Notes under the pieces: model-generated
Database searches by the model: none
What the model saw: only the letters and a program-made list of their open reading frames with translations
Told to the model about the DNA's origin: nothing
Made by a program: the position numbers and the translations under genes
Shown: positions 7,130 through 15,577 of the stretch, piece after piece
Numbering within the stretch: position 1 is the stretch's first letter
Layout: every line of letters begins with the position of its first letter
NCBI GenBank assembly: GCA_964514225.1
Contig: CAZEPT010000002.1
Span: 1 to 32,169 of the forward strand
Direction: 5' to 3'
From: an uncultured Candidatus Saccharibacteria bacterium
GTDB taxonomy: Bacteria; Patescibacteriota; Minisyncoccia; Phycocordibacterales; UBA9973
Length of the DNA stretch: 32,169 nt

Positions 7130-7483
7130 ATGAGTACTATCTTAGTTTTATTTTTGGCCATTATTCCCCTTGCGGTGAATAATATTTATTTAAAAAAAGA
7201 AGTTAGCTTCTACAGTCAGGATAAGTTCGAAAGAGCATTCTGGCTCTACACCCCTTTTTTTGCAATACTTGCTACTATAGCTTGTATCTGTATTAAAATT
7301 GATAATCTTAATAAAATTATCAAAGAAATCAAAAAAGGTGCCCACACACAAAGCGATGTCATGCTTTATCGTATCTTCAAGAAAAATGATTATTCACCAA
7401 AAAAAATACGTAACAGTATTTTCCTCCGCTTTCTCTACCGCCTTTTAGGTGGAAACTATCACAATCTCCCTTTTTCACACTAA
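7130..7483 (+). CDS. hypothetical small membrane protein (2 TM), weak paralog of 6529-7026
   Basis: 117-aa ORF. Its C-terminal basic segment aligns with that of the preceding gene. Has its own terminator. Confidence 0.55.
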   Translation: MSTILVLFLAIIPLAVNNIYLKKEVSFYSQDKFERAFWLYTPFFAILATIACICIKIDNLNKIIKEIKKGAHTQSDVMLYRIFKKNDYSPKKIRNSIFLRFLYRLLGGNYHNLPFSH

Positions 7484-7500
7484 GGGAAAATCATATATCA

Positions 7501-7531
7501 AAAAATCCCAGTTAACCCCTGGGATTTTTTA
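7501..7531 (+). terminator. Rho-independent terminator
   Basis: aaaaatcccag (7501-7511) pairs with ctgggattttt (7519-7529), followed by a T-run. Confidence 0.7.
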
Positions 7532-7584
7532 TTTATCTATTACAGAGGCACTAAAAGCGACAGCTTTATTTATTTTAAAAATAA

Positions 7585-7592
7585 TGTATAAT
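7585..7592 (+). promoter_or_regulatory. -10 box TGTATAAT for prs
   Basis: tgtataat lies 24 nt upstream of ATG 7617 and downstream of the 7501 terminator. Confidence 0.45.
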
Positions 7593-7616
7593 AAGGCCAA
7601 ACAAAACTTAAAAACA

Positions 7617-8627
7617 ATGAAGAAAATTGCCCTTATTTCAGGTAGCACACACCTTGCGCTCGCTCAAAAAATTAGCTTTGACCTAAATGTAAGACTTACA
7701 GAAGTTTCAATTGAAAAATTCTCCTGTGATGAAATAAACGTTGAAATCAAAGAAACTGTACGCGGTGCCGAAGTTTTTATTATTCAAAGCTCCCTCACAG
7801 GACATGGTAATGATAATTTTGTAGAAGCAATGCTTATAATAGATGCCGCTAAACGAGCTGGTGCGTCTAAGGTTTATTTAGTACAGACCATATTTCCTTA
7901 CCAAAGACAGGACCGCAGAGAGACAAACCGTAGAAATAGACCTAAACGTAAAGCTATTTCTGGTAGAGTTATGGCTGATTGTTTCGCTAGAGCCGTCTTC
8001 GTGGATGGAATAATCAGTATTAAACTCCACAGTGATCAAATCGAGGGGTTCTTTGATAACCGAACTCTTATTGAGAACATTGACCCGACAAGTCTGTTTA
8101 TAGAATATCTAAAATCAGAGAATATTATTCGAAGTGAATACGGTGATTCGAAACCTCCAACTGTAGTTGCTCCAGATATTGGTTCAGCAAAGACAGCGGA
8201 TAGTTTCTCAGAAGCACTTGGTCTTAATGATTACGTCATTGTGAACAAAAGAAGAACTAAAAGTAATGAATCTGAGGTTCTTCATGTTATTGGCGATTAT
8301 AGCGGTAGAATTTGTATTATTTATGACGATATGATTGATACCGGTGGAACAGTCGTGAACAGCCAAAAAAAGCTACAAGAATTAAAAGAGGCAGGAGCAA
8401 CTGATGTTTACCTCATGGCACCCCATGGAATATTTTCTAAAAACGCTATCGAAAGGTTATCAAATTCTGATTTTAAAAAAATTGTCATTACAGATTCGAT
8501 ACCTAACCCTCAAGTAGAAAATAATGAAAAATTCGTAATTTTATCATTAGCCCCACTGCTGAAAAGTGTTATCAAAAATATTCATGACGCAGAGTCCCTG
8601 CAACCAGTAGTAGCAAATAAATCGTAA
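7617..8627 (+). CDS. prs: ribose-phosphate pyrophosphokinase (PRPP synthase)
   Basis: ORF 7449-8627 trimmed to MKKIALISGS (ATG 7617), because the extension crosses a terminator. Motifs FSCDEINVEI, YQRQDRR, HSDQIEGFF and the PRPP loop IIYDDMIDTGGT. Confidence 0.9.
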   Translation: MKKIALISGSTHLALAQKISFDLNVRLTEVSIEKFSCDEINVEIKETVRGAEVFIIQSSLTGHGNDNFVEAMLIIDAAKRAGASKVYLVQTIFPYQRQDRRETNRRNRPKRKAISGRVMADCFARAVFVDGIISIKLHSDQIEGFFDNRTLIENIDPTSLFIEYLKSENIIRSEYGDSKPPTVVAPDIGSAKTADSFSEALGLNDYVIVNKRRTKSNESEVLHVIGDYSGRICIIYDDMIDTGGTVVNSQKKLQELKEAGATDVYLMAPHGIFSKNAIERLSNSDFKKIVITDSIPNPQVENNEKFVILSLAPLLKSVIKNIHDAESLQPVVANKS

Positions 8628-8650
8628 TTATATAAAAACATAATTACCAC

Positions 8651-8688
8651 AAAAGCCTTATAGATTATTCTGTAAGGTTTTTATTTTT
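8651..8688. terminator. Possible bidirectional terminator between convergent prs and uvrA
   Basis: aaaagcctta (8651-8660) pairs with taaggttttt (8673-8682), including one G-U. T-runs on both strands. AU-rich, weak stem. Confidence 0.4.
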
Positions 8689-11299
8689 TCCGCAGAACTT
8701 TTTTGAGATACTGTCCTGTATAGGAATTTTTATTATTCGCTACTTCTTCAGGTGTTCCTTTAGCAACCAGTTGTCCGCCACCGACTCCACCTTCTGGACC
8801 AATATCCAAGAGATAATCGGCACATTTGATGATATCCATGCTGTGTTCGATCAGCACGACTGAATTACCCTTATTAACGAGCATGTTGAGGACATCTAAG
8901 AGCTTTGCAACGTCGTCATAGTGCAGTCCGACAGTTGGCTCATCGAGTAAGTAAATAGTTTTTTCTACATGAGGCCGGTACAGCTCTGAAGATATTTTTA
9001 CGCGCTGCGCTTCTCCACCGGAGAGCGTCGTAGCAGATTGACCAAGCTTGAGGTAGCCGAGACCTACATCGCTTAGGGTCTTGATACGGTCATGGATTGC
9101 TGGAATATCTTCAAAAAATGTCAGTGCTTCTTCGACGGTCATCTGGAGCACATCGTAGATATTCTTCTTTTTGTATTTGACGGTAAGTGTTTCTTTATCA
9201 AAACGCTTTCCACCACACACATCGCACGTCACATAAACAGTCGGTAAAAAGTGCATCTCAACGGCAATCTCACCATTTCCTTCACAAGCTTCACATCGTC
9301 CACCTTTGACGTTGAATGAGAATCTATTTGATTTCCAACCACGGAGACGTGCTTCTTCAGTCGAGGCAAACATATCGCGTATATGAGTAAATGAGCCCGT
9401 ATATGTCGCGACGTTTGATCGAGGAGTACGTCCGATCGGAGACTGATCAATCAAGATCGCTCGTGTCAGGTATTCAGTTCCAGTAAATGAGGCACAGTTA
9501 AATACTTTTGCTGTTCGGTACTTTCTTTCAAGTCGTGCTTGAAGGTTCTTATGGACGATCTCATACATAAATGATGACTTCCCTGACCCTGACACGCCTG
9601 TGATACATACCAATTTTCCAAGAGGAATTTCAGCCTGCATATTTTTTATATTAAACACATTTCCATTAACGATCTTAAGAGATCCTTTATCGTTAGTTCG
9701 TCTCTTTTCAGGAACTGGAATAGAAATTTCATTTCGCAAATAGCCGAGCGTTCGAGAACCACTCGTATTTTTCTTAGCTGAGAGGAGTTCAGAAAGCCAG
9801 CCTTCTGCTACAACATTCCCACCATGGATACCAGCTTTAGGTCCGATATCAACAATATAGTCTGATGAGTAGATCGTATCTTCATCGTGCTCAACAACCA
9901 AGATAGTGTTGCCGAGGTCACGTAAGTCAGTCAGTGTATTGATAAGCCGTTCGTTATCCCTCTGATGGAGTCCAATTGTTGGTTCGTCTAAGACATAGAG
10001 TGCGCCAACAAGTCGTGAGCCGAGTTGTGAGGCAAGTCTGATACGCTGAGCTTCTCCGCCTGAGAGCGTATTAGCTCGTCTATCGAGTGAGAGGTATTCT
10101 AGTCCCACGTTTAGCATGAATTGTATTCGGTCAGTGATTTCTCGAAGGACCGGAAGAGAAATCTCTTTTTCTTTCGGACCCATTTTCAAACTGGTAATAA
10201 AGTCTTTAGATTCTTTAATCGTCATACTCGTAAAGTCCACAATATTTTTTCCGGTCTTGAGATCACCTCCGAGCATCACATGGAGCGCTTCTCTCCTGAG
10301 TCGTTTACCTCCACACGCCTCGCATTCGTCGAGGGCAGCAAAGTATTTCGTTCCGAGACCGTTACATTCTGGACACGCTCCGTAGGGCGAATTAAATGAG
10401 AAGAGTCTGGGTTCAACTTCAGGGAAAGAAAATCCATCATTTTTACAGGCAAATTTAGCTGAGAGAACGAATTCTTCCCCTGTTTCAAAATGGATTGTAA
10501 CAAGTCCGTCAGACTCAACAAGCGCTCGTTCAACAGCTTCGGCGAGCCGCATCCGACTCGCGTCTTTGTCATCTTTAAATTCATGAAGTGCCAGTGTATC
10601 AACAACGACATCGATTTCATGTTTTTTATTTTTTGACAGGTCGATTCGGTCACGAAGGCTTTTGACAGCACCATCGATGCGCACCTCAGTGAATCCTTTA
10701 TTCAATAGGTCATAGAGCATCTGATAGTGTTCCCCTTTTCGTCCACGAAGAATCGGCGAAAGCACAGACACTTTTGTCTCATTCCATTTAACCCCCATAA
10801 GTTCTTTTTTGGTTCCGCTATTTTTTTTGAGATACGCTTGAACTTTTTCCAAGACGAATGAAATAATCTCTTCGTTAGAAAGTTTTTTAATTTCTTCACC
10901 ACATTCTGGGCAGTGTGGATGTCCAACACGAGCATAGAGCACACGCAGGTAGTCATAAATCTCAGTAATCGTCGCAACGGTCGAACGAGGGTTGTTAGAA
11001 CGGGACTTTTGATCGATTGAGATAGCAGGTGAAAGACCGGTAATCTCATCGACATCAGGCTTCGGCATCTGATTGAGGAATTGGCGAGCATAGGCTGAAA
11101 GAGACTCCACATAGCGGCGTTGTCCTTCAGCAAAAATAGTATCAAAAGCAAGCGACGACTTCCCTGAGCCTGACATACCAGTAATAACCGTCATAGTATT
11201 ACGCGGTATTTCAACACTGATATTTTTTAGATTGTGTGTACGTGCTCCTTTGACAACAATTGCATCAATGGGCCTTACTGGTTTCTTGTGATCTGCCAT
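8681..11299 (-). CDS. uvrA: excinuclease ABC subunit A
   Basis: Two ABC ATPase modules ([18 protein letters not shown], two LSGGE signatures) and Zn modules ([36 protein letters not shown]). The ORF track starts at 11311, but that ATG lies inside the -10 box, so I prefer ATG 11299 (MADHKK). Confidence 0.93.
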   Translation of the reverse strand: MADHKKPVRPIDAIVVKGARTHNLKNISVEIPRNTMTVITGMSGSGKSSLAFDTIFAEGQRRYVESLSAYARQFLNQMPKPDVDEITGLSPAISIDQKSRSNNPRSTVATITEIYDYLRVLYARVGHPHCPECGEEIKKLSNEEIISFVLEKVQAYLKKNSGTKKELMGVKWNETKVSVLSPILRGRKGEHYQMLYDLLNKGFTEVRIDGAVKSLRDRIDLSKNKKHEIDVVVDTLALHEFKDDKDASRMRLAEAVERALVESDGLVTIHFETGEEFVLSAKFACKNDGFSFPEVEPRLFSFNSPYGACPECNGLGTKYFAALDECEACGGKRLRREALHVMLGGDLKTGKNIVDFTSMTIKESKDFITSLKMGPKEKEISLPVLREITDRIQFMLNVGLEYLSLDRRANTLSGGEAQRIRLASQLGSRLVGALYVLDEPTIGLHQRDNERLINTLTDLRDLGNTILVVEHDEDTIYSSDYIVDIGPKAGIHGGNVVAEGWLSELLSAKKNTSGSRTLGYLRNEISIPVPEKRRTNDKGSLKIVNGNVFNIKNMQAEIPLGKLVCITGVSGSGKSSFMYEIVHKNLQARLERKYRTAKVFNCASFTGTEYLTRAILIDQSPIGRTPRSNVATYTGSFTHIRDMFASTEEARLRGWKSNRFSFNVKGGRCEACEGNGEIAVEMHFLPTVYVTCDVCGGKRFDKETLTVKYKKKNIYDVLQMTVEEALTFFEDIPAIHDRIKTLSDVGLGYLKLGQSATTLSGGEAQRVKISSELYRPHVEKTIYLLDEPTVGLHYDDVAKLLDVLNMLVNKGNSVVLIEHSMDIIKCADYLLDIGPEGGVGGGQLVAKGTPEEVANNKNSYTGQYLKKVLRKK

Positions 11300-11309
11300 A
11301 TATGGGTGC

Positions 11310-11318
11310 ATTATAGCA
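11310..11318 (-). promoter_or_regulatory. Extended -10 promoter TGcTATAAT for uvrA
   Basis: The minus strand reads TGCTATAAT-gcacccatat-ATG(11299). It directly abuts the upstream terminator. Confidence 0.5.
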
Positions 11319-11319
11319 C

Positions 11320-11361
11320 AAAAAAAATCACAATTTCCCTGAGGAAATTGTGATTTTTTTT
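11320..11361 (-). terminator. Rho-independent terminator of the DUF3298 gene
   Basis: Perfect 19-bp palindrome, aaaaaaaatcacaatttcc (11320-11338) with ggaaattgtgatttttttt (11343-11361). The A/T runs are part of the arms. Confidence 0.8.
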
Positions 11362-11383
11362 GTGAGAGTAGAGCGATAAAATA

Positions 11384-12259
11384 CTACTGTACTTTTTCTT
11401 CTACGGGTTCTTCCACTGGGCCATAAAAAGCTGGACGATGACTAATCGTAACCTGTTGTCTTCCGTAGGCATATGGAACAACTTGGTATTCGCCGAAATA
11501 GAATATTACTTCAGTCGGTGTAAAAGTATACACTTTAAAATTATCAGTCTCCGGCTCTGTTCCATCGTAAATCATTTGAGCGAGGTTTGCGTCTTCATCA
11601 TTTTTAAATACAAGCTTGTCGAAAGATTCCTTGTATGTAACTTTAGGCAGGAGTTTTTCAAGAAGTTTTTTTCGACTTTCAGCAGAAATGAATCCAATCT
11701 GATCTACTTGTCCTTTGAATATATCTCGCAAATACACCATCTTCTTATTTTTGACATCATAATTGAGTGAAAAGACATTTTCATAACCATGCGCTCCACC
11801 TTGATACCCACTGTATGTAAATAAAACACTTACAAAATCTTCATTCGCTTGAATAACGGTATAGTCAGCGAACAGTGGATACTTGTCTTCCGTGGTAATT
11901 GGAGTACTTGGACCTCCCGTCTCAATACGAGCTTTGAAATTTTCTTCTGATAGAGCAGTATGATCTTTTATAATCCGCTCATACGTGTTTCGAATGCGAT
12001 CATTTTCTAAAGTTGGAATATTTCTGAATTGTGGGTACTTTACATTAAGAGTGGTATATGTATCTTCTTTTTGTATATGTTTAGTCTCGATAAGACTCTC
12101 ATCAACAAGACCACCTTCAGATTGCGGGACTTCTACTTGAATATGTTCTTGAGCTTTTTCTTCTCTTTTTATTGGTTTGTAAATCTTAAAAAAATAATAA
12201 GCCAAGGCCGCACAAACAACGATAACAAGAAAAATAGCGTAGATATTCTTTGCTTTCAT
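11384..12259 (-). CDS. membrane-anchored DUF4163/DUF3298 (RsiV/PdaC-like) domain protein
   Basis: 291 aa with an N-terminal TM. LNVKYPQF and YSGYQGGAHGYENVFSLNYD resemble the DUF4163/DUF3298 motifs (GGAHG). Confidence 0.7.
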   Translation of the reverse strand: MKAKNIYAIFLVIVVCAALAYYFFKIYKPIKREEKAQEHIQVEVPQSEGGLVDESLIETKHIQKEDTYTTLNVKYPQFRNIPTLENDRIRNTYERIIKDHTALSEENFKARIETGGPSTPITTEDKYPLFADYTVIQANEDFVSVLFTYSGYQGGAHGYENVFSLNYDVKNKKMVYLRDIFKGQVDQIGFISAESRKKLLEKLLPKVTYKESFDKLVFKNDEDANLAQMIYDGTEPETDNFKVYTFTPTEVIFYFGEYQVVPYAYGRQQVTISHRPAFYGPVEEPVEEKVQ

Positions 12260-12270
12260 ATATACCTTAA

Positions 12271-12279
12271 ATTATATCA
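12271..12279 (-). promoter_or_regulatory. Extended -10 promoter TGaTATAAT
   Basis: The minus strand reads TGATATAAT-ttaaggtatat-ATG(12259). Confidence 0.5.
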
Positions 12280-12303
12280 TGCAGGCAAAATAAATATACA
12301 AAG

Positions 12304-14340
12304 CTATTCACCTTTCTTTACATGTGCACCAAGTTTCCCTTTCAAAATAATAATCTCATCTCGTAAAATCGCTGCGGTTTCAAAGTCGAGTTCTTTGACT
12401 GCATCATTCATTTCTTTTTCCTTTAATTTAATGAGCTTTTTGGGGTCTTTCTTAAACACAGCACTATCAATCGCAATGTTCATGTAGACTGCTTTTTGGT
12501 GATCGCTCTCAAGTTCTTCAGTAATATCTTTAATTTTTTTTATAATCGTCTGGGGAGTAATACCGTGCGCTTTGTTATATGCGAGCTGTTTTTCTCGACG
12601 TCGGTTGGTCTCGCCGATAGCTCGTTCCATTGAACCCGTTTCGCGGTCAGCATATAAAATAACGCGCCCTTTCACATTTCGAGCAGCCCGACCGATTGTT
12701 TGAATGAGCGATGTTTCTGATCTCAAAAATCCTTCCTTGTCAGCATCGAGAATTCCAATGAGCTCAACTTCAGGCAGGTCGAGTCCTTCACGAAGGAGAT
12801 TCACTCCGACCAAGCAGTCAAATTCCCCTTTACGAAAATTTGTCAAAATTTTTATTCGATCAATTGTTTTGATATCACTATGGAGATACTCGGCTTTGAT
12901 TTTCTTACCACTCTCTTCTTTTTGCTCTTTAAGATATGAAGAAAGATCTTCAGCCATTTTTTTAGTCAACGTTGTCGCAAGGACTCGTCCTCCCCCAGAA
13001 ATCGTCTTAATCGCCTCAGCAATAAAATCCTGGATCTGTCCTGGGTACTTCCCTTGCTCCATGACCGGCTTGATGTCTATTTGCGGATCAATCAATCCAG
13101 TCGGACGAATGATTTGTTCAACAATCTTATCGGATTGTGTTCGCTCAAACTCACCTGGAGTCGCTGAAACATAGACGACTTGTCCTATCCGCTCTTCAAA
13201 TTCATTATATTTAAGTGGTCGGTTATCTTTAGCACTCGGCAATCTGAATCCGAATTCAACTAAGGTATTTTTTCTGGAAGCATCACCAGCATGCATGCCG
13301 TGGAGTTGAGGCAACGTCACGTGAGATTCATCGATGATCGTCAAAAAATCCGGACTGCCGTCTTTGTTGTGAGGAAAATACGAAATAAGTGTATCAGGCG
13401 GTTCGCCTTCTTTTTTACCAGAGAGGTGCCGGGAATAGTTTTCGATACCGGAACAGTAGCCGACTTCTTTAATCATTGCCGTATCGTATGTCGTCCGGCG
13501 TTTGATGCGGTCAGCTTCTAAGAGCTTACCTTCTTTCTCAAATTTTTTGAGTTGAGTGGCAAGCTCAGCACGGATGGATTTAACGGCGCGGTCTCGGTCA
13601 CTTTTAGCTGTCATGAAGTGCTTAGCTGGAAACACGAAAAAATCTTTCAGTTCAGAAATGATTTGAGATGTGACGGTATTGTATTTAATAATTTTACTCA
13701 CCGTGCTTCCTGAAAATTCAATCTGATAGCCATCTGTTTCAGAGACTGGCATAATATCAAGCCTGGTACCGAGGGAGCGGAATGTCGCAGGAGTGAGGTC
13801 TGCATTAGTCCGTTCATACTGCATCTCAATCAATTGCTTCATGAGGTCAGTCTTGAGAACTTTCTGCCCGATACTAATCCTAAAATTTTTATTTTCATAT
13901 TCTACAGGAGATCCCAAACCATAAATACATGAGACAGACGCGACAATGATCACATCAGGCCGGGTCAAGAGTGCTTGGGTTGTTGCATGGCGAAGCCGGT
14001 CTATCTCTTCATTAATAGTGGCGTCTTTTTCGATAAAGGTATCAGTTACCGGCATGTACGCTTCAGGCTGGTAGTAGTCATAGTATGAGACAAAATAGTG
14101 GACTGCTGCATCAGGGAAAAACTCTCGGAATTCCTGAGCGAGCTGAGCAGCGAGGGTTTTATTATGAGCGATGATGAGTGTCGCCTTCCCCCACTCTTGA
14201 ATGACGTTTGCCATCGTAAAGGTCTTTCCTGTACCGGTCGCACCCAAAAGAGTCTGTTTGACCAAACCTTTATCTAAGCCCTTTAAAAGCCCAACAATAG
14301 CCTCAGGTTGGTCACCAGAGGGAGCCCAGTCGCTTTTCAT
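12304..14340 (-). CDS. uvrB: excinuclease ABC subunit B
   Basis: ORF 12304-14427 trimmed to MKSDWAPSGDQPEAI (ATG 14340), because the extension covers a terminator hairpin. Walker A GATGTGKT, helicase motifs DESH and GRAARN, C-terminal UVR motif DFETAAILRDEI. Confidence 0.93.
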   Translation of the reverse strand: MKSDWAPSGDQPEAIVGLLKGLDKGLVKQTLLGATGTGKTFTMANVIQEWGKATLIIAHNKTLAAQLAQEFREFFPDAAVHYFVSYYDYYQPEAYMPVTDTFIEKDATINEEIDRLRHATTQALLTRPDVIIVASVSCIYGLGSPVEYENKNFRISIGQKVLKTDLMKQLIEMQYERTNADLTPATFRSLGTRLDIMPVSETDGYQIEFSGSTVSKIIKYNTVTSQIISELKDFFVFPAKHFMTAKSDRDRAVKSIRAELATQLKKFEKEGKLLEADRIKRRTTYDTAMIKEVGYCSGIENYSRHLSGKKEGEPPDTLISYFPHNKDGSPDFLTIIDESHVTLPQLHGMHAGDASRKNTLVEFGFRLPSAKDNRPLKYNEFEERIGQVVYVSATPGEFERTQSDKIVEQIIRPTGLIDPQIDIKPVMEQGKYPGQIQDFIAEAIKTISGGGRVLATTLTKKMAEDLSSYLKEQKEESGKKIKAEYLHSDIKTIDRIKILTNFRKGEFDCLVGVNLLREGLDLPEVELIGILDADKEGFLRSETSLIQTIGRAARNVKGRVILYADRETGSMERAIGETNRRREKQLAYNKAHGITPQTIIKKIKDITEELESDHQKAVYMNIAIDSAVFKKDPKKLIKLKEKEMNDAVKELDFETAAILRDEIIILKGKLGAHVKKGE

Positions 14341-14391
14341 ATTGAATGGAGTAGTCTTTTTCACATATATAGTGTACGTGAAAATGGGAAA

Positions 14392-14419
14392 TAAAAAAAG
14401 CAGTCCGTTCGGACTGCTT
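14392..14419 (-). terminator. Rho-independent terminator of the two-gene cassette
   Basis: aagcagtcc (14398-14406) pairs with ggactgctt (14411-14419), loop gttc. T-run on the minus strand. Confidence 0.75.
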
Positions 14420-14438
14420 AAAAGCAACTTGTGTATTA

Positions 14439-14840
14439 TTAAATCTTAAATACTTTACCGGTATAACCGCCTGTCGAAACACGAACGAGTCCGATATCAT
14501 TACCGATAATCGGCACATCTTTCGAGGGAATGATGAAGACAAATTTTTTCGCGGTTTTACAGATCACATCAATGCATATTTTCATATGGCCTATATCAGG
14601 ATTATTGAATTCAAGGTTCAGTTTATTTTTTGCTAGGTGAGTCACACCAAGATAATAGCTAAATAAACTTACTTTATATCTTGCCCATTTTTCATCAGTG
14701 GGGTATTCTTTTCTCATTTCTGTATGAGCATCAATATCAGGAAATTTTTCCTTTAAAAAAATTTGATACTCTTCGTAAGAGAGATTCTTTTCTTTACAAA
14801 TCCTTTTTTCGAGTTCTAGAAGGGTGATTGTTTCTTCCAT
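14439..14840 (-). CDS. hypothetical protein: N-terminal domain paralogous to 14881-15123 plus a unique C-terminal domain
   Basis: ORF 14439-15020 trimmed to MEETITLLELEKRIC (ATG 14840). The longer version overlaps the upstream gene out of frame. Confidence 0.6.
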   Translation of the reverse strand: MEETITLLELEKRICKEKNLSYEEYQIFLKEKFPDIDAHTEMRKEYPTDEKWARYKVSLFSYYLGVTHLAKNKLNLEFNNPDIGHMKICIDVICKTAKKFVFIIPSKDVPIIGNDIGLVRVSTGGYTGKVFKI

Positions 14841-14880
14841 TATTTTTTGTTTTATGACTTGCGTCGGTTTAAGATGAGGT

Positions 14881-15123
14881 TTAGATTTGAGGTAGAATAT
14901 CGGTCGAATTTTCTGCGGCCGCTTTATCAACAATTTCTTTAAACATATGAGTGTCGAATAGTCCAACTTTGTGATTTGCCCACTCTTCGTCAGTCTGATA
15001 TTTTTTCCTGAGTTCAACATTTTTATCGATATCGGGATGGTGTTCTGTCATAAATTCTTGATACTTGGAGTACCAAAGACCTAATTCATTACATCGTTTT
15101 TCTTCAAAAGTCTTTTTTGTCAT
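14881..15123 (-). CDS. hypothetical 80-aa protein, paralog of the N-terminal domain of 14439-14840
   Basis: Shares EKR.C.E..L.Y..YQ.F..E..PDID...E.RK.Y.TDE.WA..KV.LF with the downstream gene (28 identities over ~53 aligned positions by hand). Confidence 0.6.
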   Translation of the reverse strand: MTKKTFEEKRCNELGLWYSKYQEFMTEHHPDIDKNVELRKKYQTDEEWANHKVGLFDTHMFKEIVDKAAAENSTDILPQI

Positions 15124-15171
15124 AATTTTTAGTTTTGTGGCTCATGCCGGTTTTCAAATATTTTCATCAAC

Positions 15172-15179
15172 ACTATACA
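15172..15179 (-). promoter_or_regulatory. -10 box TGTATAGT for the two-gene cassette
   Basis: Lies between the upstream operon terminator and ATG 15123. Confidence 0.4.
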
Positions 15180-15195
15180 ATAAAAATCTATTTTT

Positions 15196-15229
15196 TACAA
15201 AAAAGAGCCTCTTGTGCTGGCTCCTTTTT
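15196..15229 (-). terminator. Rho-independent terminator of the proS-to-DUF1653 operon
   Basis: On the minus strand, aaaaaggagcc pairs with ggctctttttt (one G-U), followed by a T-run. Confidence 0.55.
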
Positions 15230-15241
15230 ATGTATTAAATG

Positions 15242-15568
15242 TTACCCGTAAAGTTCCTCTTTTTTCTCTTTCAACTTCTCAATGAGTTCAGGATCAGTGA
15301 TTTCTCTAAACCGAGGAAATGTCTTTCCATCTTTTGTAACCTCTTCCAAAAACATATGAAGAGGTCTGACATCAAAATGCTTGCCTTCTTTATACACTCC
15401 AGCAGCAGCATAGAGGGGCGCATAGATCACCATTGCTGATTCCCTCAGTCCTTCAACTTCTGTGTGGTGTCCAATATTGATAATTTTATAAGCATAGTTA
15501 TCTACCGAACCTTGCGGGTCATGCTTGTAGTGGTAATAAAATCCTCCAATTTTTGGTTCGTTATACAT
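15242..15568 (-). CDS. DUF1653 domain protein
   Basis: 108 aa. The pattern GGFYYHYKHDP...YAYKII..GHHTE....MVIYAPLY....RPLHMF...V......PRF matches my recollection of the DUF1653 consensus. Confidence 0.65.
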   Translation of the reverse strand: MYNEPKIGGFYYHYKHDPQGSVDNYAYKIINIGHHTEVEGLRESAMVIYAPLYAAAGVYKEGKHFDVRPLHMFLEEVTKDGKTFPRFREITDPELIEKLKEKKEELYG

Positions 15569-15577
15569 ACACCTATT

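Noticed and set aside
7449-7616. N-terminal 56-aa extension of the prs ORF (METITISLFHTKGK...)
   Set aside because: It runs straight through the hairpin terminator at 7501-7531 and the -10 box at 7585-7592. The Prs homology starts at MKKIALISGS (7617).
10276-11151. 132-aa and 149-aa same-strand alternate-frame ORFs, and 89-92-aa antisense ORFs, inside uvrA. Similar shadow ORFs lie inside uvrB (12704-13174), rpoC (29201-30360), rpsB (21077-21520) and others.
   Set aside because: They lie entirely within strongly supported conserved genes, have low-complexity or odd composition, and have no starts with promoter or RBS context. These are typical shadow ORFs.
12029-12487. 152-aa plus-strand ORF bridging the DUF3298 gene and uvrB
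   Set aside because: It is antisense to two well-supported genes and their promoter. Its sequence is F/S/L-rich, typical of the antisense of an AT-rich coding region.
14341-14427. 29-aa upstream extension of uvrB (MLLSSPNGLLFLFPIF...)
   Set aside because: It overlaps the terminator hairpin of the upstream cassette (14392-14419). UvrB homology begins at MKSDWAPSGDQPEAI.
14841-15020. Upstream 60 aa of the 193-aa ORF 14439-15020
   Set aside because: It overlaps the 80-aa gene (14881-15123) in another frame. The paralogy with that gene starts only at the internal Met (14840), so the extension is a read-through artefact.
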